From assembly GCF_006345805.1 (NCBI RefSeq), contig NC_043003.1, forward strand, positions 107,074,001 to 107,138,000: 64,000 bases of DNA, read 5' to 3'. Positions 35,331 to 49,181 of the stretch are shown here, in pieces. The DNA is from Octopus sinensis (lineage: Eukaryota). The position numbers and the translations under genes are program-made. The notes under the pieces were generated by a model, which saw only the letters and a program-made list of their open reading frames with translations, did not search any database and had not been told where the DNA came from. Positions within the stretch are counted from its first letter, which is position 1. Each line of letters starts with the position of its first letter.

Positions 35331-35634
35331 ATTAACTCATACAGCACACCTCCTGTCTTAGATGAAATTTATTCCTTTATTGAGACATTTAAAGTTCTCA
35401 AATGGAATTTTCTTACTTTCAAATCAAAATCAGTGCTTTTATTTCTAAAAGCACTTTTTCTTGTCTTTTTCTATAAATAAATGGAGATTCTCTTTCTTGA
35501 AAGCAATTCTTCTCGCTTGAGTCTTTTTTCCGTTGAATAAAATCTTTTAAAATCTTTTAAAATTTCAAATGTATTTTTATATTTATTTATCATTAAAATT
35601 ATCATTATCATCATTATGTACTATTATTATTATT

Positions 35635-35717
<83 letters not shown>

Positions 35718-35718
35718 C

Positions 35719-35750
<32 letters not shown>

Positions 35751-35755
35751 TATTA

Positions 35756-35789
<34 letters not shown>

Positions 35790-35845
35790 CATCATTATTA
35801 TTATTATTATTATTATTATCATTATTATTATTATTATTATTATTA

Positions 35846-35876
<31 letters not shown>

Positions 35877-35962
35877 ACTATTATTATTATATTATTATTA
35901 TATTTTATCATCATTATTATTATTATTATTATTATCATTATTATTATTATTATTTATTATCA

Positions 35963-35993
<31 letters not shown>

Positions 35994-36057
35994 TATTATT
36001 ATTATTATTATTTTATTATTATTATTATCATCATTATTATTATCATCATTATTATTA

Positions 36058-36099
<42 letters not shown>

Positions 36100-36119
36100 T
36101 TATTATTATTATTATTATT

Positions 36120-36677
36120 GAGTGAGCGAGCAGAACATGCCATCAAAGTGACACTGGGGTAAAATATACGAAGCCCAGTATACCCATCATGACTACCCGT
36201 CTGATAAGGGTACACCAGGCACATGTATCACAACCATATGTGCACGACATGGTGATCTCATATCAAGATAAACAGCACATGACCTTGCAGGTGGAGCCCA
36301 GTTAGAATTTTCTTCAGATCGAGTAACCCATCCCGCTCAAAAGGTCCCTGAATAAGGGTTGTTTAAGGACGTTGAACGAAACACCCATGTTTCCAGAGGT
36401 GAATTATTCAAACCCCAAAGAATCCTTCTCAACACATGGCTATGATGCTCCCCCACTACTTCTGCTCGTGATCAGAGATGCACATATCGTCAGCCACTAA
36501 GGGACATGCTCAACTGGTTAAGGTCAAACAACTGACAAGCAAATCTGTGGTATTGAGCAGAATATTTGCTGTAGCCCATCTTTTATACCAAGACAAAACA
36601 ATGTACATGATAACACTTCCAATCAGTTAAGATCAGAAGCCATGAGAGCCACTGCCTGGTACTGCATCAGGGCATTT
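36120..36677. mobile_element. Unclassified 557-bp interspersed element in (ATT)n, copy 1
   Basis: Near-identical to 37108-37662 and homologous to 49182-49956; always bounded by (ATT)n. Confidence 0.7.
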
Positions 36678-36771
36678 ATTATTATTATTATTCATCATCA
36701 TCATTATTATTATTATTATTATTATTCATTATTATTATTATTATTTATTATCATCATCATCATCATCATCA

Positions 36772-36814
<43 letters not shown>

Positions 36815-36845
36815 CATATTATTATTATTATTATTATTATTATCA

Positions 36846-36906
<61 letters not shown>

Positions 36907-36981
36907 CATCATTATTATTATTATTATTATTATCATTATTATTATTATATTATATTATTATTATTATATTATTATTATTAC

Positions 36982-37020
<39 letters not shown>

Positions 37021-37036
37021 CATCATTATTATTATA

Positions 37037-37085
<49 letters not shown>

Positions 37086-37107
37086 CATTATTATTATTAT
37101 TATTATT

Positions 37108-37662
37108 GAGTGAGCGAGCAGAGCATGCCATCAAAGTGACACTGGGGTAAAATATACGAAGCCCAGTATACCCATCATGACTACCCGTCTGATAGGGTAC
37201 ACCAGGCACATACATCACAACCATATGTGCACGACATGGTGATCTCATATCAAGATAAACAGCACATGACCTTGCAGGTGGAGCCCAGTTAGAATTTTCT
37301 TCAGATCGAGTACCCATCCCGCTCAAAAGGTCCCTGAATAAGGGTTGTTTAAGGACGTTGAACGAAACACCCATGTTTCCAGAGGTGAATTATTCAAACC
37401 CCAAAGAATCCTTCTCAACACATGGCTATGATGCTCCCCCACTACTTCTGCTCGTGATCAGAGATGCACATATCGTCAGCCACTAAGGGACATGCTCAAC
37501 TGGTTAAGGTCAAACAACTGACAAGCAAATCTGTGGTATTGAGCAGAATATTTGCTGTAGCCCATCTTTTATACCAAGACAAAACAATGTACATGATAAC
37601 ACTTCCAATCAGTTAAGATCAGAAGCCATGAGAGCCACTGCCGGTACTGCATCAGGGCATTT
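37108..37662. mobile_element. Unclassified 557-bp element, copy 2
   Basis: Differs from copy 1 by a few substitutions and 1-nt indels. Confidence 0.7.
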
Positions 37663-37680
37663 ATTATTATATTATTATTA

Positions 37681-37760
<80 letters not shown>

Positions 37761-39296
37761 TATTATTATTATTATTATTTTATTATTATCATCATTATTA
37801 TTATATTATATCATTATTATTATTATTATTATTAATATTATTATTATTATTATATCATCATCATTATTATTATTATTATTATTATTATTTTATTATTATT
37901 ATTCATTATTATTATTATTATATTATTATTATCATCATCATCATTTAGTATTTACATTCTGAGCTCAAATCCAGCTGAGATCAACTTTGCCTTTCATCCA
38001 TTCAGCGTCAACGAAATAAGTACCAGTAATGCACTGGGGTCAATGCAGTCAATTAATCCCCTTCACCAAAAAATTACTGGCGTTGTGCCAAAATTAGAAA
38101 GGATTGATATTGTTATTCAGCATTTCATCCGTCTTCATGTTCTGAGTTCAAATCCTGCCAAGGCTGACTTTGCCTTCCAGCCTTCCAGGATCAATAAAAT
38201 AAGTAGCAGTTACGCACTGGGGTCAATGTAATCAACTCACCCCTTCCCACGACATTGCTGGCCTTGTGCCAAAATTCGAAACCAGGCGTGGCTGTGTGGT
38301 AAGTAGCTTGCTTACTAACCACATAGTTCTGGATTCAGTCCCACTGCGTGGCACCTTGGGCAAGTGTCTTTTACTATAGCCTCAGGCCGACCAAAGTCTT
38401 GTGAGTGGATTTGGTAGATAAAAACTGAAAGAAGCCCATCATATATATATATATACAAGCGAAACATCGCCGATATAGGTCTTATATTCGTCCTAAAATA
38501 CTTTCCTGTCACACACTCACGCACGCACACACACACACACACACACGCACCCTCACACACACACACACGCACACACACACTCACACACACGCACGTTAGC
38601 TTACAATTTTATTTATATATTTGCGTGTCTATGTGTGTAAAGAGGAAGTGGCAGACTGAAAGAGTCACTTACTACAAAAGGTGAATTACTTTCATTTTAT
38701 TCCTTGCACACTGTGTGTGTGCGTGTGCGTGTGGTGTAAAACACATTAAGAAAAGCATTTGACATACACACCAGAATGTGAGTTTTCTGTAAATTTTGCT
38801 TAATTGGAGTTTAAATTTTAAAAAGTGGACCTGGCAAAACCTGATGCATTCTACTCTTAAAAATGCTAAGTAAATTGTAATTGAAGAAATCCTATATTGT
38901 AGATTTCTATAACTGACAAAGGGAGGCAGATAAAATCTGCCTTTTATAATAAGAGATGATAGGCTTCTCCCATCTTCGCGTGACAACTGATGTTGGTGTG
39001 TTTACATCCCTGTAACTTAGCAGTTCAGCAAAAGAACCTGATAAAATAAGTACTAGGCTTACGAAGAATAAGTCCTGGGGTTGATTTGTTTGATTTAAAG
39101 TGATGCTCCAGCATGGCCGTAGTGGAGGCGGCGATGGTGGTGGTGGCGGCAGCAGCGGTGGTAGTGCTGGTGGTGGTGGTGATGATGGTGGTGGTGGTGG
39201 TAGTAGTAGTAGTAGTAGTTGTAGTAGTAGTAGTAGTAGTAGTGGAGGTGGTGGTGGTGATGGTGGTGGCAGTGGTGGTAGTGGTGGTGGTGCTGA

Positions 39297-39330
<34 letters not shown>

Positions 39331-40039
39331 GGTGATGGTACTGATAGTAGTAGTAGTAGTAGTGGTGGTGGTGGTGGTGGTGGTAACAGCAGCCGCAGTG
39401 AAGGCATAGCGATGCCACAGTAAGTATTACAGTCTTTCTATATATATTTTTAAATATCAAATATATAATATCATAATATCAAATATCGTGAGATATCAAA
39501 TATATATAATATGGTGAAATATCAAAATTAGAAGCCATTTTTTGTTGTTGTTGTTGTTGTTGTTGTTCTGCTTTTGATATTTGTTGCTTTATTTAAATTT
39601 TTGCTGTTGCTTATTATTATTGTTCTTTCTGTTTTCTATTGACATATGTAGTTCCAGACACGAACTCTGCAGATTCAACTGGAATGGTGAATTTGATTGC
39701 AATGGAAAATACTACGGTGGATAAATTTAATACTGACTGAAAAATATTAAAAACTGCAAAATTCAGTAAATAAATGAATATAAATATAAAATAAATGAAA
39801 AAAACAAAAAACCAAAAAAAAACCCAGAAATGGCAAGAGCTTATAACAGCTTATAAATAAATGTTAGAATAATTCTGCAGAGTCAAAGCAATATTTTTTA
39901 CCACTGGAACGAAAAAAAAAAGAAAAAGTAGCGAGGGAATATTCCTTGCTTCTAAAGAAAAAATATAACAAAATAACAATAAAGATGAAAATATAATAAA
40001 AATATAATAGAAATATAATATAAAAAAAAAATGACTTAC

Positions 40040-40141
40040 TCTTATGGAGGCTTTTATATAAAGTTTTTCTTCTTCCATTTTCCTTCTTAGAATTTCCTTT
40101 TGGATGCGGTCTTCAACAACAACTTCTTCATACTCCTTATA
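40040..40141 (-). CDS. IQCG: DRC9/IQCG internal exon
   Basis: ctgtttag|YKEYEEVVVEDRIQKEILRRKMEEEKLYIKASIR|gtaagt; 102 nt, phase 0/0; cf. IREYEQVIIEDRIEKE. Confidence 0.9.
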
Positions 40142-41619
40142 CTAAACAGACAAGAAACCTTACATGATGTCTAAAAGCTATTGAAAAGTCAGAATTATAA
40201 AACCAAAAAAAAACCCCAAAAAAACATAGAATTCCAATATAATGTTTTGGGAAAATGTTTTGGTGGAGAATGGAGAGTGGAATGTGTGATTACTTACTGA
40301 TGCAATAGAACCAAAAAAAAAAAATTCTTTTTAGAATAAATATTAATATAAAGAAATGGCAAACAGTGTTTGAATAAGAAAAGGTAAGATGTAAGCTTTT
40401 AGAGAGTTGAGGCCATGATTCAGTCTCATTTCCTGGTTAAAACCATTCCACTTTACAAATACTGTTTAATAGTCTTAGAAATGGAAATAATGGCACAATT
40501 TTTCCTTCAACTTCCCTTTAAATGTAGGATTGTGATGCCAACATTAAAATAAACCACAATCTAATGAAATAGTTTCATCTCCCTAAATTGGTTGTTTCTT
40601 TTTTCAAGAAAGACACACACACACACACACACACTCTCTCTCTCTATCTCTCTCTCTCTCTTTATTGTTTTTGTCTCTGGTCTGTTTATTGTATTTTTTG
40701 TTTGTCTTTTTGTTTCTTTACCTCTTTTTCCTATTTAGAACTATCAGGCTCCAAGACAGCTTTGACAAACTTCAGTAACCAAACAGGTTGTTTGTTGTAA
40801 TTACATTTGGCAGAGAAGTACAAAGGGGAAAGTAGAGAGCTGGATGGAGAAAGCTTTGTCTGCAAGAATATGGCAACACTGTTTATGGAGACAATTTATT
40901 TGAGAGTAACAATAATTGAACAAGTCAATAAAACTGGGAGAAATAGTCTGCTACAAGAGACAAGAATGGTCAGTCATAGTTGTTGGTGATTGGAAAATTG
41001 GTCTCCTATGAAGATATCTGTTGCCTTCCATCTGTAAAGCAACAGATATTTACGAAAATAAATCCCTCCAAAATGAAATGTTAGTAACATCTGCCAAGTA
41101 TTCATGTTGTTTTTGCTGTTGTTGCTTAGCTCCAACTTTTTTTCTGAGAATGTAATTTGAGGAAGGTTTGAGGTGGGTGGTCACCATAAGACTCCACTAC
41201 GTCTGACTTTAAAAAAAATATAATTTAAAACTAACCCAGAACTACTTTGAGCTTCTTGTGAATGGCATAAAGAAAACACCAAGATTCGGGTATTCATGTG
41301 GTAGAACCTGGAATCACGTGGTTGGTAAGCAAGCTACTTACCACACAGCCACTCTTGCTCCTATGTGTGTACTTTCTTTAAAATGGTAGGGCAATGATAA
41401 TGAACCACCTGTTTTAATTATTTTAACTCGTTAGCGTTCAAACCAACCACATCTGACCTGAATACTCTACCAATTTTATGTCCAAACTGGCCAGATCTGA
41501 CCTCTCACACTTATCCTACAATGTCATTCTAAAAAAAGGTAGAAGGTTATGTTCCAGCTGGAAATCTGGCGCCAGGATGACTTGTGTCAAATTGGACAAA
41601 GGATTACTTCTACTATCAT

Positions 41620-41945
41620 CATCATCATCATTTAACGTCTGTTTTCCATGCTGGCATGGGTTGGACGGTTCAACTGGGGTCTGGGAATCCAGGAGGCTGC
41701 ATCAGGCTCCAGTCTGATCTGGTAGTGTTTCTACAGCTGGATGCCCTTCCTAATGCCAACCACTCCGAGAGTGTAGTGGGTGCTTTCCACATGCCACTAG
41801 TACAGGGGCCAGAGGGGGCTGGCAACAACCATGATCGGTTGATGTTTTTTATGTTCCACCGGCACGGAAGCCAGTCAAGGCGGTACTGGCATCGGCCACA
41901 TTTGGATGGTGTTTTTTATGTGCCACTGGCACGGGGATCACAACT
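41620..41945 (-). mobile_element. RTE 3'-UTR-type element
   Basis: catcatttaacgtc...ggatgcccttcctaatgccaacc. Confidence 0.75.
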
Positions 41946-42224
41946 ACAATATCCAAAATCAGAAACAGCCTCTCTGGGGATTCTTTGATCAATCCAAAAC
42001 CATGGTTGAAGAGATTCACCCAAAGTGCTATGCAATGAGATTGAAATATCATCAAAATGCTATGGGGTGGACTTACCACCCATATAGCCACACCTAATGT
42101 TTACTTTAACCCAGAACTGCTTTGACCTAGTTAGCCTACGGTCAAAGACATTTTCAGCCATGACCAAATCAATATTTTATTCTGGCACAGTGTATCTAGG
42201 ACTACATTATCAACTTGCTTTTAT

Positions 42225-42452
42225 TCTTTTATTCTTTTACTCTCTTTTACTTGTTTCAGTCATTTGACTGTGGCCATGCTGGAGCACCACCTTTAGTTGA
42301 GCAAATTGACCCCAGGACTTATTCTTTATAAGCCTAGTACTTATTCTATCAGTCTCTTTTGCTGAACTGCTAAGTGATGGGAACATAAACACACCAGCAT
42401 TGGTCGTCAAGCGATGTTGGGGGGACAAACAGACACACACAAACATATACAT

Positions 42453-42509
<57 letters not shown>

Positions 42510-42670
42510 CGACGGGCCTCTTTCAGTGTCCGTCTACCAAATCCACTCACAAAGCTTTGGTCGACCCAAGGCTATAGTAGAAGACAATTGCCCAAGGTGC
42601 CATGCAGTGGGACTGAACCTGGAACCACATGGTTGGTAAGCAAGCTACTTACCACACAGCCACTCCTGCT
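42225..42670 (-). mobile_element. SINE family A
   Basis: Complete head, body and tail, as at 2213-2627. Confidence 0.82.
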
Positions 42671-43337
42671 CCTATGTGTGTACTTTCTTTAAAATGGTAG
42701 GGCAATCATAATGAACCACCTGTTTTAATTACTTTAACTCGTTAGCGTTCAAACCAGCCACATCTGACCTGAATACTCGACCAATTTTATGTCCAAACTG
42801 GCCAGATCTGGCCTCTCACACTTATCCTACAATGTCATTCTAAAAAAAGGCAAAAACATCATGAAAATCTCTTAACAGGATTAATTCAAAACGATGTGAA
42901 TAAATAAGGACCACATTGGACAGATTAATAATCTGAATGTTAACGAGCTTAATGTTGTAATTACAGGGTTAATTACATGTATTTTAATTTTAGGTAAATG
43001 TTTATAGATAAGTTTTTTTACAACATGATATCACAAATATTTCTGTCCTCATCTATCATGTTACTGCTGACACATGTAGCATTGGTTTGCCATCTTTGCA
43101 TATTATTTGGCTGCTATTTCTAGCAAGTTAAACTGCTACATAGAGATTTCCTTGTTGGTTGGTTTATGTTGTATGTTGTCATGTGTAACTTCATTCTGTA
43201 AAAATGGACAGCACTGGGAAGGGCAGTCTGCCATGGAAACCATGCCAAGGCAGACATTGGAGATTGGAGCAGTGCTCCAACTGGCCAGCGCCTGTCAAAC
43301 CATCCGCCCTGTTACAGCATGGAAAAACAGATGTTAA

Positions 43338-43599
43338 ATGATGACGATGATGATGATGATGATGATGACTATGACGATGATGATGATGATGACAATGATG
43401 ACGACGATGATGATGATGATGTCTATGGTGATGATGATGACAATGACGATGATGACTATGATGATGATGATGATGATGATGATGACGATGATGATGATGA
43501 TGATGATGACAATGACGATGATGATGATGACAATGATGACGACGATGATGATGATGATGACTATGGTGATGATGATGACAATGACGATGATGACTATGA

Positions 43600-43630
<31 letters not shown>

Positions 43631-43731
43631 GATGATGATGATGATGACAATGACGATGATGACTATGATGATGATGATGATGATGATGATGATGTCTATG
43701 GTGATGATGATGACAATGACGATGATGACTA

Positions 43732-43762
<31 letters not shown>

Positions 43763-43930
43763 GATGATGATGATGATGACAATGACGATGATGATGATGA
43801 CAATGATGACGACGATGATGATGATGATGACTATGGTGATGATGATGACAATGACGATGATGACTATGATGATGATGATGAGATGATGATGACGATGATG
43901 ATGATGATGATGACAATGACGATGATGACT

Positions 43931-43964
<34 letters not shown>

Positions 43965-44228
43965 CAATGACGATGACGATGATGATGACAATGTTGATGA
44001 CGATGATGGCAATGACGATGATGATGATGATGACGATGATGATGATCAAGATGACAATGATGATGATGATGATGATGACAATGATGATGATGATGATCAA
44101 GATGACAATGATGATGATGATGATGACAATGATGATGATGATGATGATGACAATGACGATGATGATGATGATGACGATGATGATAATGATCACGACGATG
44201 ACGACAACGACGATGATGATGATGATGA
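43338..44228 (+). repeat. (GAT)n array with 135-138-bp higher-order period, following an RTE tail
   Basis: ctatggtgat recurs at 43423, 43561, 43696 and 43831. Confidence 0.93.
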
Positions 44229-44669
44229 GTCAAAAGAGAAGGAGCAGCTGCCAAAGATGTTTGCAGTGTCTCCAAGAATGGTGAGGGTATAGAGGAGAAA
44301 GCAAACCCATTTCATAAGGGCCTGGGAGCCTTCACTGAGGAAATGACAAGGGACCGGAAGTTGTGGTGCTTTGCTGTACTTGAGAAGACGTGTCAAGCTA
44401 AGCAAAACGACTGCTGTCCATACATACTGGTCTGTCCTTTACAGGAGCTGGTTCCACATAAAATGCCCTTGTGCCAGTGCTGCATAAGTGCACCTGTGCC
44501 TGTGGCACATGAAAAGCACCCAGTACACTCTGTAAAGTGGCTGTCATTGGGAAGGGCATCCAACCATAGAAACCATACCACAACAGACAATTGGAGTGTG
44601 GCCAGCTCCCCAGCCGGCCAGCTCCTATCAGACCACCCAACCCATGTCAGCATAGAAAACAGACATTAA

Positions 44670-44890
44670 CCCTTTCGTTACTGTATTTCTGTTGAGATGC
44701 TCTCTGTTTCTTTCAATTACTTTAAATATAACAAAGAATTTAGTAAAATAATTTAGTTATCATTAAGCTAGTGTTAGGAACATAAATTGTGACTAAGGTT
44801 TGGTGGAAGATTTTAATTCAGAACTTATGAAAACAAGACATTTGTACTACAAAGCCAGAGCTAGTTTCAGGCAGGTTGTTGTCAAAAGGG
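44670..44890. mobile_element. piggyBac-type MITE, copy 1
   Basis: TTAA|CCCTTTC...AAAAGGG|TTAA. Confidence 0.75.
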
Positions 44891-44919
44891 TTAAGAATTG
44901 TTTCTCTATTATATTTTAA

Positions 44920-45141
44920 CCCTTTTGTTACCATATTTCTGTTTAGATGCTCTCTGCTTCTTTCAATTACTTTAAATATAACAAAGAATTTAGTAAAATA
45001 ACTTAGTTATCATTAAGCTAGTGTTAGGGACATAAATTGTGACTAAGGTTTAGTGGAAGATTTTCATTCAGAACTTTTGAAAATAAGACATTTGTACTAC
45101 AAAGCCAGAGCTAGTTTCAGTCAGGTTGGTAACGAAAAGGT
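44920..45141. mobile_element. piggyBac-type MITE, copy 2
   Basis: TTAA|CCCTTTTGTTAC...GTAACGAAAAGG; homologous to copy 1. Confidence 0.75.
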
Positions 45142-46149
45142 TTAACAATGATGATGATGATGATGACGACTACAGTAGGAAGAAATGGATAAAGAAGAAC
45201 CTGTCCTAATTGACCACATCTATGGGGTCACAATGACCAGGGGGGGTGATGTTAAACCAAGCTGCAGACTAATCAAGGTGTTGGGAAAGAAGATGGGTGG
45301 GGCAGTTCAATTCATTAACTGAATTCGAACAAAAATTCCATGGTTAAAGAAGTTTCAATGTTTTAAGAAAATGGTAACGTACCAAAAATGGTAAGGTACC
45401 AAAATAAATAAAGGAAAAGTCGAAGATGTTATTTAGAAAATGAAAATCTCACTATAACAAAGGCCATTAATAAAGGAAATTAATTTTATTAATTGTGCTA
45501 ATAATAAATAATAAAAAAAAGACATCACTTGTTTTGTTCTAAATAAATCTTATGAAATGTAAATGCTATGGTTATGTTGTTGTTGTTGTTGTTGTTTGGG
45601 AAATTTATATCACTTTCTGTAGAATTTGATAAAAAAAAAATAAAATGAAAATTAATCACTGTTAATTTATGATTTATGAAATGATAATAATGATGATGAT
45701 GATGATGGTGGTAACACTTGTGATTAATTATAGATGAAACAAGGAAATATTTTATTACATTTTACAATAATTCTGAAGAGAATGGACTGAGATTAATGTT
45801 TATTTACATTTTTGACTTTTTTTTTTTTTCATTTCATAAAAATAATTAAAAATGAAATCAGAATTAGAAAAAAACAAAAACAAAAACTAATTGGTATTAC
45901 ACATTATGACAATTACTTTTATTATCAAGAAGTACAAGCCATGTACAGGATTGTGGTCAGTAAGGTAAGCGTTAGCCATGAGGACAAAGACCAATTTAGT
46001 GTACAGGTGGGTGTTCACCAACACTCAGTCCTTAGTCTTCTCGTATTCATCATTGTCCTCCAGGTGACAACAGAGGAATTTAAGACTGGAAGCCTATGTG
46101 TTGATGATTCTGCCCTCGTAGCAGAATTTGCAGCATCATCATCATCCGA

Positions 46150-46495
46150 GCGTGATCATTGCCAGAGCAGCCAACTTGCTTCCGTGCCAGTGGCACGCAA
46201 AAGGGCACCATTCGAGCATGATCGTTACCAACGTCGCCTTACTGGCACCTGTGCTGGTGGCATGTGTAAAAAGATTCAAGCGAGGTCATTGCCAGTACCG
46301 CCTGACTGGCCCCCATACCAGTGGCACGTAAAAAGCACCCACTACACTCTCGGAGTGGTTGGCATTAGGAAGCGCTTCCAGCTGTAGAAACTTTATCAGA
46401 TCAAGATTGGAGCTTGGTGCAGCCATCTGGCTTGCCAGCCCTCAGTCAAACCGTCCAACCCATGCCAGCATTGAAAACAGACGTTAAACGATCAT
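46150..46495 (+). mobile_element. RTE 3'-UTR-type element
   Basis: tggcacgtaaaaagcacccactacactctcggag...gacgttaaacgat. Confidence 0.78.
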
Positions 46496-46499
46496 AATC

Positions 46500-48300
46500 A
46501 TCATCATCATTTAATGTCCTTTCTTATGCTGGCATGGGTTGGATGGTTTGACCAGAGCTAGCAAGCTGGAGAGCTGGACTAGGTTCCTGTCTAATTTTGG
46601 TTTCTATGGCTGGATGCCCTTCCTAACACCAACCACTTTACAGAGTGTCCTGGGTGCTTTTTACATGGCACGTATACAGGTGCTTTCTACTTGGGCCTGG
46701 CATGAGTGCTGTTTTACATGGTGCCAGCACAGGTAATTTTTATATGGCACCAGCACAGGTCCTTTTTATAAGGCAGTGGCATGAGGGCTCTTACAAGACA
46801 AAAACCCCTTCAGCTGGGAAGGGAGTATAAACAATTCTGCTGTGATGGAGAGGTCTTCTTGAGAATAGCAAGGCGCCATATATCTTGGTCCTTTGTCATC
46901 TCTTTTGTAAAGCTCAGTGTCCTGAGATCAGTTGTCAGTACTTCATCCTGGGTTTTTCTCTTCCACAAAATCCATCCTCTTCAGTGATTGACACTTCTTT
47001 ATATGCAGTCTTCTCTCTTGCACACTGCATCTAATTCTTTCTATGCTTAACTTTTCTCTCAAAACATTTAGTGCTCTGTCGACATATGCACACTTACATT
47101 GCACATCCAACAGAGCATTCTAGCTTCATTCCTCTCTATCCTTCACATGTCCTCTGCATTTCTCTCACTACCATGTAGTATTGCTGTTCATATATATATA
47201 TATCATACAATCTTCCTTTCACTCAAAGAGAGAAACCTTTAGGTGCCAACAGAGGTAAAAGCTCTTTGAATTTTACTCATCTTATTTTAGTGGCTACACT
47301 TTCCACAGTGATGGCACATGGCTCACTGGTTAGAGCATTAAGCTTATGATCATGAGGTTGTGAGTTCGAATCCTGCACCAGGCTACGTGTTGTGTTCTTG
47401 AGCAAGACACTTTATTTCATGTTGCTCCAGTTCACTCAGCTGTAGAAATGAGTTGCAACGTTATAGGTGCCAAGCTGTATCAGCTTTGCCTTTCCCTTGA
47501 ATAACACTGGTGGCCGGTATGCATCGGCGACTACTGGACTTCCATAAAACAACCTTGCCTGGATTTGTGCCTGGGAGGGTAAATTTCTAGGTACATTCCC
47601 ATAGTGAGTCATGACCGAAGGGGGTCTCAGCATAACACTTTCCACACATCCTCCCCCATGGCAAATTAGGTCCCATGGATAGCAGAAATTATCCACCACC
47701 TCTAGAGCATTTGCAAGAATCATTTCCTAAGTATCTGTAGCTTTTGTGACTCCTCTACATCCCCCACATGCAAACACTCTCTGATAACCTTCCATTCCAC
47801 TGCACATCTTGTGTGTTCATAACTTACACTGGACATACTATATGGAATTCCTGTCTACGCCTTTCTTACATATCAAGCAGGGCCATTAACCTGAACTGGG
47901 TAAGGTCTTGTCTGCTTTCTTGCTTACTAAAATCTTAGTCTTTGCTAAGCTAACCTTAAGACCCTTCAATTCCAGGTTTTGCTTCCACACCTGGAATTTC
48001 TTTTCTAGTTCTTTTACTGAATATGCTCGGAGAGGAAGAACATGAGCACATATATAGCTTCCCAGGGGCAGCTATCTTAAATTCCTCTGCTATAGCCTGG
48101 CGGACAATCATGAAAAGTCAGGGACTGAGAACTGAGCGCTGATGAATGCCTCCCTGTGCACCAAATTCCTCACAGTACTCATGGTCAAATCTCTGTCTCC
48201 CTACTGACACAGCCCCTGTACATGGCCTGTACAGCTTTCACCAGCCACTCATCTACCCCTAGCTTCCTCAGAGCCCACCATATCGCACAGAAGGGTATCT
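46500..48300 (-). mobile_element. Degraded RTE LINE (RT to 3' UTR), interrupted by a SINE at about 47315-47640
   Basis: Reverse-complement homology to 12470-14785 and to 1-900. Confidence 0.7.
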
Positions 48301-49025
48301 ATCAAAAAGGCTAAGTGGGGGTACAAAAAAATTCTAGTTGTAGAAACAAAACCTTTCCCCACCACCCAAATTTCATCCCCTAACACCCAAAAAGCACCGA
48401 TGATTATGTCATGTGATGTATGTATATATGCATTTATGTATATCTATGTACACCTCCATGAGTGTGTGTGTGTGTGTGTGAGCTTGTTTTTGTTTCCCCA
48501 CCCCTCTGCTTCACAACCAGTGTTGGTTGTTTATATCCCCATAACTTAGTCATTCCACAAAAAACGCTGATAGAATAAGCACAAGGTTTTTAAAAAAAAC
48601 CTATAAGTCTTGGAGTCGATTTGTTTGATTAACCCCCTCCAAGCCATTGCTCCAGCATGACCACAGCCCAAATGACTGGAACAAGAAAAAGATAAAATAT
48701 TTATAAAACAGGAGCAAAATGAAGGAAACCTTTCAGTTTCAGAATAATCCCACCATGACCACCACCACCAGAATTCTTGTTAAAATTTTGTTTTTCAAAA
48801 GCTTTTTGCAAATTTTTGAATGTTTTAAGCAGCAAATGTAATTACTTTAAACAAGTAATTAGAAATGTAGATAAAGAAATATCATGAAATGTTCCAGCAA
48901 TTAGCAATTAGTTGATATAATGAGTTCGAAATATAATGAAATCAACAAAAGTATATTCAGATGTAATGAGTATCAAAGCACTCCACTTCTTTTAGAAGGT
49001 GTTGTTGTTGTTGTTGTAGTAGTAG

Positions 49026-49058
<33 letters not shown>

Positions 49059-49181
49059 CAGCAGCAGTAACAGCAGCAGTGATAGTTGTAGTAGAACAGC
49101 AGTAGTAGAAATATTATTATAATTATAATTATAATAATTATTATTATTATTATTATTATAATTATCAATATTATTGTTATT

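Larger units (their letters stand above)
35610..37950. repeat. (ATT/ATC)n arrays alternating with two copies of a 557-bp element
   Basis: Array - element - array - element - array. Confidence 0.93.
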
